Assembly: GCA_028534125.1 (NCBI GenBank)
Contig: CM052824.1
Location: 25,048,001-25,112,000 of the forward strand
Length of the DNA stretch: 64,000 nt
Source of the DNA: Lama glama
Taxonomy: Eukaryota
Reading direction: 5' to 3'
The notes beneath the pieces were generated by a model that did not search any database, was not told where the DNA came from, and worked only from the letters and a program-made list of their open reading frames with translations. Shown one piece after another: positions 58,661 to 64,000 of the stretch; within the stretch, counting starts at the first letter, position 1, and each line of letters starts with the position of its first letter. Made by a program: the position numbers and the translations under genes.

Positions 58661-60949
58661 CGTCTTTGTAATGATACTATCAGCAACAGCTCCTAAGAAA
58701 TGTCAGGGTGCTGGCCTCACTCTGCTCAGCCAGCATCTTTCCCATTCAGCCTGGGGATAGCCCAGGTCAGGGGTGGCCATGGTCAGGGGAGTCCTCGCCG
58801 TGGCCGTGGCTCTCTCCCTTGGTTACACAGTCTGGTTTCGAATAACCTTATGTTTGCCGATAATGAGCCTGGTGTCCTGGCCTGAAACTCTATGCCTGTT
58901 TGGGCCTGTAGCTTCCCCGGGTCCTCCAGGGGATGCGCTCTGTGACACATGGCTGACACGAGGCTGGGGCTTATCACAGCAAGGTGTGTATTATCATATT
59001 CCTCCCGTTCATTCCCTTAGCAGTTGTGTAATCTCCGTTTCCTGAGTGGGAAGGCTTCTTTGGTTCTGTGCAGGCAAGACTTGGTCCTGTCCTGGGAGAG
59101 CTTCCCATCCAGGAGGAGGAATAAGAAAGGAACACAGCAGCTGCCAGCCTGGATAGAAGGGTGTAAGTGGGGAACACATTCAAGTAGTGGGAGTCTGGGG
59201 CGGGCTACTGGGGAACATGGCATTTCCATAGGACCTTGCAGGTTAGGGAGTTTGCACACGTAAACTGGATGGGAGGGTCTCCTGGGGGAACATAGGGGAA
59301 CATGGGAGAGAGGAAACAGCCAGCAGGTAAGGGTGACTGGGCTTGAGACAAAACTGGGAGAGGGGAGAAAAGTCTGCTAGATGGAGAACCAGATAATGGC
59401 CTTCTTTGAGCCCTAAAACCAAGTGAGGGTTTCCTTCTGCCTATGGTGCATCTTTTATAAAAATGTCCAAACTTGAGTCCCCAGCCTGCAAAGGAAGCCA
59501 GTGGCCTCCAGCTGGAAGCTTTTTCCGTTTTTAGGAATGTTCCATGGGCCTGTGGTTGCTCACTAAGGTACCTTTCTGCTCTCCTAACTGGATCTAATTT
59601 GCTCGTCCTCAGTCATGACATCTGATAATAGGAAATTTACTATTTATTGAATGCCTATCATGTGCTGCTTACCCTGGCAGGCAGGTGCTGTGACTCCATT
59701 GGCTAGGGAAGGAGGGCATTTGGGGGACTAGTAACGTTGCGACGGGAAGGGCCTGGGTCCGTGCTGGGTGATTCACATCTACTGAATCACTTGATTCCTC
59801 ATAAGGACTGTTGGGGATGAGAGAGCAGTTCCCTTCTTGCTTGGTTCCCAAGGAGCCTGAAGTCTCTCAGCTTGCATGTGTGATCTAAGCTGGGACTCGA
59901 TGCCTCTAGTTGTGCCTCCCGTGCCTGCCTGCAGACGCACTTGGCCCTGTCCTCTGCCCGGCTTTTCTCCTGCGTGTAGGTGCCGGCATGAGACTGCTTC
60001 ACTGAGAGCGGCACTGGCTCCCATGTATCCTCACCCTTTCACAGTGATGGTGGTACGGGTTTTTCTGTGTCGCCTTGTCAGCAGCTGCTGTGGTGCACCA
60101 AGACTCATCTCAGCAGAGGACAGCTGAGAGGCCTTTGGACCAGGCCTGGGGCATGTTCCAATGAGTGAGGACCAGTGTGTTCTCTGACAGCATCCCCAAG
60201 CTCAACTTCAGCCTTGCACCAGCCATATTCCCTATTAGGAGAAAATCCTGGAATCAGGCTCCAGTGACTCCTCTGGAATCTGCTCTTCCACCCCTGCCCG
60301 TAGCTGCCCTCTTGCCACCCGCCCCCTGTGCACTGGCCTTTACACACACTCAACCTTCTATCTGGAATGACCTGTTTTCTGGAACCCCATCTGCTGTGCC
60401 CTTTGCCCACCCCCACTTCCTAAACCCCCATTCAGCTCTCCTTTCTTCTGAAAGGCCTCTTTAGCACCCCTGTGTGAGAGGAGCCCCATGCCTGCATGTC
60501 TGGTACCCATTTGGAATGAGTGTTTCCTAGTCCTTGGAGGAGACCCATTTCAGAGCTCTTTAACTCCAGAAATTGAGGCATTGCTGCTGAGTTCTGGAAG
60601 GCAGCTGGTGGGTGACTGGTCTGGGCCCCTGCAGTCACACAGAATCATTGTTCCCAGCTCCCATCTCCTCATGGTGAACAGCTTTTGCTGCCTGTTCTTC
60701 TTACCAGAAGCCCCAGCTCGGAGCCCTGCCTGCTTTGCATGTCTTCTGTCATTTGGTTTCCATATACCTGACTAAGAGCTCCCCCAGTGATATTCAGATC
60801 TCACCCCTGCCCATCCGTCCTGTGCACACTCAGGGCTGCCTCCTCTCCTCCCCTTGGCTCCAAGCTTTTCCTTGCCTGAAATCCTGCCTCCTTCGTTTCC
60901 CTTTTCTCTTGTCTACATCCTGTCCGTTGCTCAGCAAACATCTCGGAGG

Positions 60950-61410
60950 CAGTGCTGTCCAACAGAAACAGAATGGGAGCCACACATATCATCTTAAATT
61001 TTCTGGTAGGCACATAAAATAAGGTAAAAAGAAACAGGTGAAATTAATTTTAAGAATATACTTTATTTAATCGTAAGCAGATGTGTCCAAAATATTATCA
61101 TTTAAGATGTGATCAGTATAAAGTTGTTAATGAGTTTTTTAATTAATTAATTTTTTTGAGGAGGGAGGTAATTAGGTTTATTTATTTTTAGAGGAAGTAC
61201 TGGGGATTGAACCCAGGACCTTGGGCATGCTAAGCATGTGCTCTAACACTTGAGCTATATCCTCCCCCCATTAATGAGTTATTTTACGTACTTTATTTAC
61301 ATACTTAGTCTTTGTGATCTGGTCTGTATTTTACACATCTCAATGGGAACTGCCCACATTTCAAGTACTCAGTAGCGCCTCAGGATGGGGGCTTCCATGC
61401 TAGAACATGA
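60950..61410 (+). mobile_element. MER33 hAT-Charlie DNA transposon interrupted by a SINE
   Basis: CAGTGCTGTCCAACAGAAA...GAGCCACA...AAAAAGAAACAGGTGAAATTAATTTT...CCAAAATATTATCATTT...[SINE]...CACATTTCAAGTACTCAGTAGC. Confidence 0.88.
61137..61270 (-). mobile_element. tRNA-Ala-derived SINE (camelid vic-1-like) with 10-bp TSD
   Basis: Reverse strand reads GGGGGAGGATATAGCTCAAGTGTTAGAGCACATGCTTAGCATGCCCAAGGTCCTGGGTTCAATCCCCAGTACTTCC (A box, AGC anticodon arm, B box GGTTCAATCCC), then AAATAAATAAACCTAATTACCTCCC and an A-rich tail; TTAATGAGTT at 61127-61136 and 61271-61280. Confidence 0.9.
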
Positions 61411-61414
61411 GGGT

Positions 61415-61650
61415 GTGTGGGGATTTAAGAGCACGAGATTTGTAGAGCAGTGGACCTGCTTCATGTTATCTCTTGACCCTGTCCTTTATTAGCATTGTGG
61501 CCTTGGATGGTGACATCCCTTCTGAGCTTATTACCTGCAAAAGTGTGCACCCTCTCCTCACGGTGTTGTTGGGAAAACTGAGTGAGATGATGCTTGCAAG
61601 GGCTGAGCACAGAGCTCAGCACGTAGTATTGGTGATTGTTTATGTTGAAA
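61415..61650 (+). mobile_element. MIR SINE
   Basis: TTAAGAGCACGAGATTTG...TTAGCATTGTGGCCTTGG...CTTCTGAGCTT...GTGTTGTTGGGAAAACTGAGTGAGATGATGC...GAGCACAG. Confidence 0.7.
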
Positions 61651-63484
61651 TCATGACCTCTTGAGTGACTCCCAGGGGCTGTCTTGGTGCCCTGACCTGC
61701 CCTCTGGCCCCTGGGCTGACCCTTAAGGTGGCTGGTATCAAACTGCCTAAATGAAGGCCACGAGGGGCAGGGGAATGGGCCCATTCAGGACAGGAGCTTG
61801 CAGGAGCACCTAGGGGAGAGTGGTAATCAGGAAATCAGGGGAGGCTTCCTGGCAGAGGCGCCCCCGCCCCCAAGCTCACCTTGGGTCCTTTGGCCTCCAG
61901 AGCCTTCTGTGACAACACTGATGCCCCTGTGGCTCCCATTTGCTAATTCTTTGTCCTGTGTAATTAGTGCAGTGTGCCTCCCTCTTGTCTCTAATTGTGT
62001 TGTACAGCATGTACTTTATTATATCATGGTATAATACTGTGAGCCTGGCAGTTATCTTGTTCACTAATTGTTTCATATGTCTGTCTTGTCTGCCCCGCCA
62101 GATTACCCACTCCTTCAAGCAGTAAGCGCTGCCTTCGTGTCTTTTGTCTCCCCGGCTGGGGAGGGCTGGGCATCAGGGCCCAGGTTCGAGTCCTGCATCT
62201 CCACGCTGACGTGGTTGGTGGCTGCAACCCAACCAGGCCACTCTCCCTCCTGCAAACAGAACGACACCAGGGATATTTAAGCCCCATTCAGGCCTAACAT
62301 CCTCTGATTTAGTGGCTGTCCCTCCAGTGGTTGATCTTAACTGTGCTCAGAGTAGTGTTGGGAAGATCATGATGAATGAGACAGGATTTCTACCCTGGGG
62401 TGTTTAAGGTTTAGAAAAGGGAACAAATATAAAGGAGTAAAAATGTCAATATTGTATTTAATCAGAGTTGTGATGTGTATTCATTTAGCAGATCTTTGAA
62501 TACATTTTGCACAGCCTTGCCCTGTACTAAACACTTAGGGGTGCCCTTACGCTTACTGGCTGGAGGGGAAGACAGACACACTGACACCCACACAGGAGAT
62601 GTCATCATCATATGGGGAGAATCCGGGGCACTGGGCTGAAAGAATGGGGGTTGGGAGGCCTCCTGGGGGTGTTTTGCCCCTCCTGCCCAGAGTCGTAAGA
62701 GTCTCAGAATCCCGAGGGAAAAGCACAAAGTTCTCTCTTTCCCCTGGAAGCACGTTGTTGAGACTCGGGTGTTTGTGCTGCTGCCTTGCATGTATGATTT
62801 GGGGGAGGCTCGGGGAGGGCTCTAAACACAAACCAGATGAAGGCGGTGCCCGCGGGTGCCTGGGAGCAGGGGGTGGCCCCGGGAGCATGTGGCTGGGTCA
62901 CCCTTTGTAATTACAACACTGCGGTGAAGGCCCCAGAACCCAGGGTGGCAGCAGGCGGGGTATGCTGGCTTCCCATCTGCTCGGCCTCCTTTGGCTCTGA
63001 ATGGATTAGTTCTGTTTGGGTTGGAGCTTACTGTTGTGTGTGTTTTTCATCCCCCTCCTGTTTGTTCTCTCTCTCTGGCCTGAGCGCCTACTTGGGAGCT
63101 GCGAGGGTCCCGCCCGGGAGGGAGAATTGTGAAGTGGCCATTATTCAAACAAGAAAGGAATAATTGGAGTTTGCATTCTTCTGGGCCTCTATGGAAACAA
63201 GGATGTGGCTGGGGGTGGGTGGGTGTGAGTCCTCGGGAAGCGAGATGGTGGGGGTATGGCTGTAGAAACTGGGGTACAGTATGGTCCATGTGAGTGACCC
63301 CACCTGGTGTGGGGTGCCCTTTAGGTTAATTGGTGAGGCAAAATGAAACTTGATGTGCTGCTGATGGTGGTGTTTCTTGCAGATGGGGTGTCTGAGCGGG
63401 CGCTAATTCATACCAAACTTCCCTGGTGAGGCTTCTGTTACAGAGAACTGTTGGCAGAGAATTAGTCTTATGGGCAGTGTGATG

Positions 63485-63610
63485 TGGTGAACCTCTGTCT
63501 GAGCCTGTTTTCCCAGTCTGTCGAGTGGGGATGGTGGTTCCTATCTCGCAGGCTTGTTGATGGGGGAAGTATAGGTAAGTGTGTAAGAAACCCAGCGCCA
63601 CCCAGCCAAC
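63485..63610 (+). mobile_element. MIR SINE fragment
   Basis: AACCTCTGTCTGAGCCTGTTTTCCCAGTCTGTCGAGTGGGGATGG...CCTATCTCGCAGGCTTGTTG. Confidence 0.7.
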
Positions 63611-64000
63611 ACAGGGAGTGTGCAGCGGAACCTGTGAGCACCTATCTCTTCATGCCACTCCCTGTCACAGGGCACTTGGGATGTTCGTGGGAGTGCCCGT
63701 GGACACTGCTGGATTTCTTGTTGGGTTCAGGGAGCTTCTGCAGGTAAAGCAGACTTGTGGGAACCAGTGTAGGTTTGACCTCCTCTTTGAAATAGAAGGT
63801 CCATCCCTCCTGTCAGTGGTCCCTCAGTGTCTGCTAGGGGCCCTGCTGTGGAATGGATGTTTTGCAGAGAGGGGTTGAGGAAGGCAGGGGAATCGGCCGC
63901 AGTCTCGGCCTCTCAGAGTCCACATTCTAGCTTAGAATCAAAATCTCACACATGTGGAACAATTAGAGAAAAATAACAGATGGTGTCTGATCAGATGTCA

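Noticed and set aside
61195-61270. tRNA-Ala-like sequence as a tRNA gene
   Set aside because: It has a SINE tail and TSD, sits inside a DNA transposon, and has a degraded acceptor stem and D-loop.
1-64000. Naming the host gene
   Set aside because: The MIR/L2-rich, enhancer-studded landscape suggests a large intron near a developmental regulator, but no exon is visible, so any gene symbol would be a guess.
1-64000. CRISPR array, prokaryotic-type system, or intact transposase/RT/viral gene
   Set aside because: No regularly spaced repeats and no long intact ORF; all mobile elements are short non-autonomous or decayed copies.

Overview
Mammalian non-coding genomic DNA: roughly 50% GC, CpG-depleted, with four short N-gaps. 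I find no credible protein-coding exon, RNA gene or CRISPR array. The ORF track reads as chance open frames, several of them inflated by N-runs or microsatellites. The window is dominated by old eutherian repeats: about 35-40 MIR pieces, many L2, some antisense L1M/L1ME, two CR1/L3 relics, one MaLR MLT1 solo LTR, and MER58A-, MER33-, MER2B- and MER47-like DNA transposons. Two young insertions have intact target-site duplications: a 5'-truncated L1 3' end (3040-3230) and a tRNA-Ala-derived SINE of the camelid vic-1 type (61137-61270). Together with the absence of recognisable Alu, B1/B2, Bov-tA, PRE-1 or CHR SINEs, this points to a camelid genome (inference). A persistent T>A and G>C skew and mostly antisense old L1 suggest the window lies inside one large intron of a gene transcribed on the + strand; the gene cannot be named from this window. 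The most promising functional content is a set of repeat-free, motif-dense blocks that look like developmental enhancers (best: 44260-44520 and 45130-45470). I did not find evidence for a new biological system. Repeat family names come from recalled consensus motifs and boundaries of old repeats are approximate; both need RepeatMasker/Dfam confirmation.
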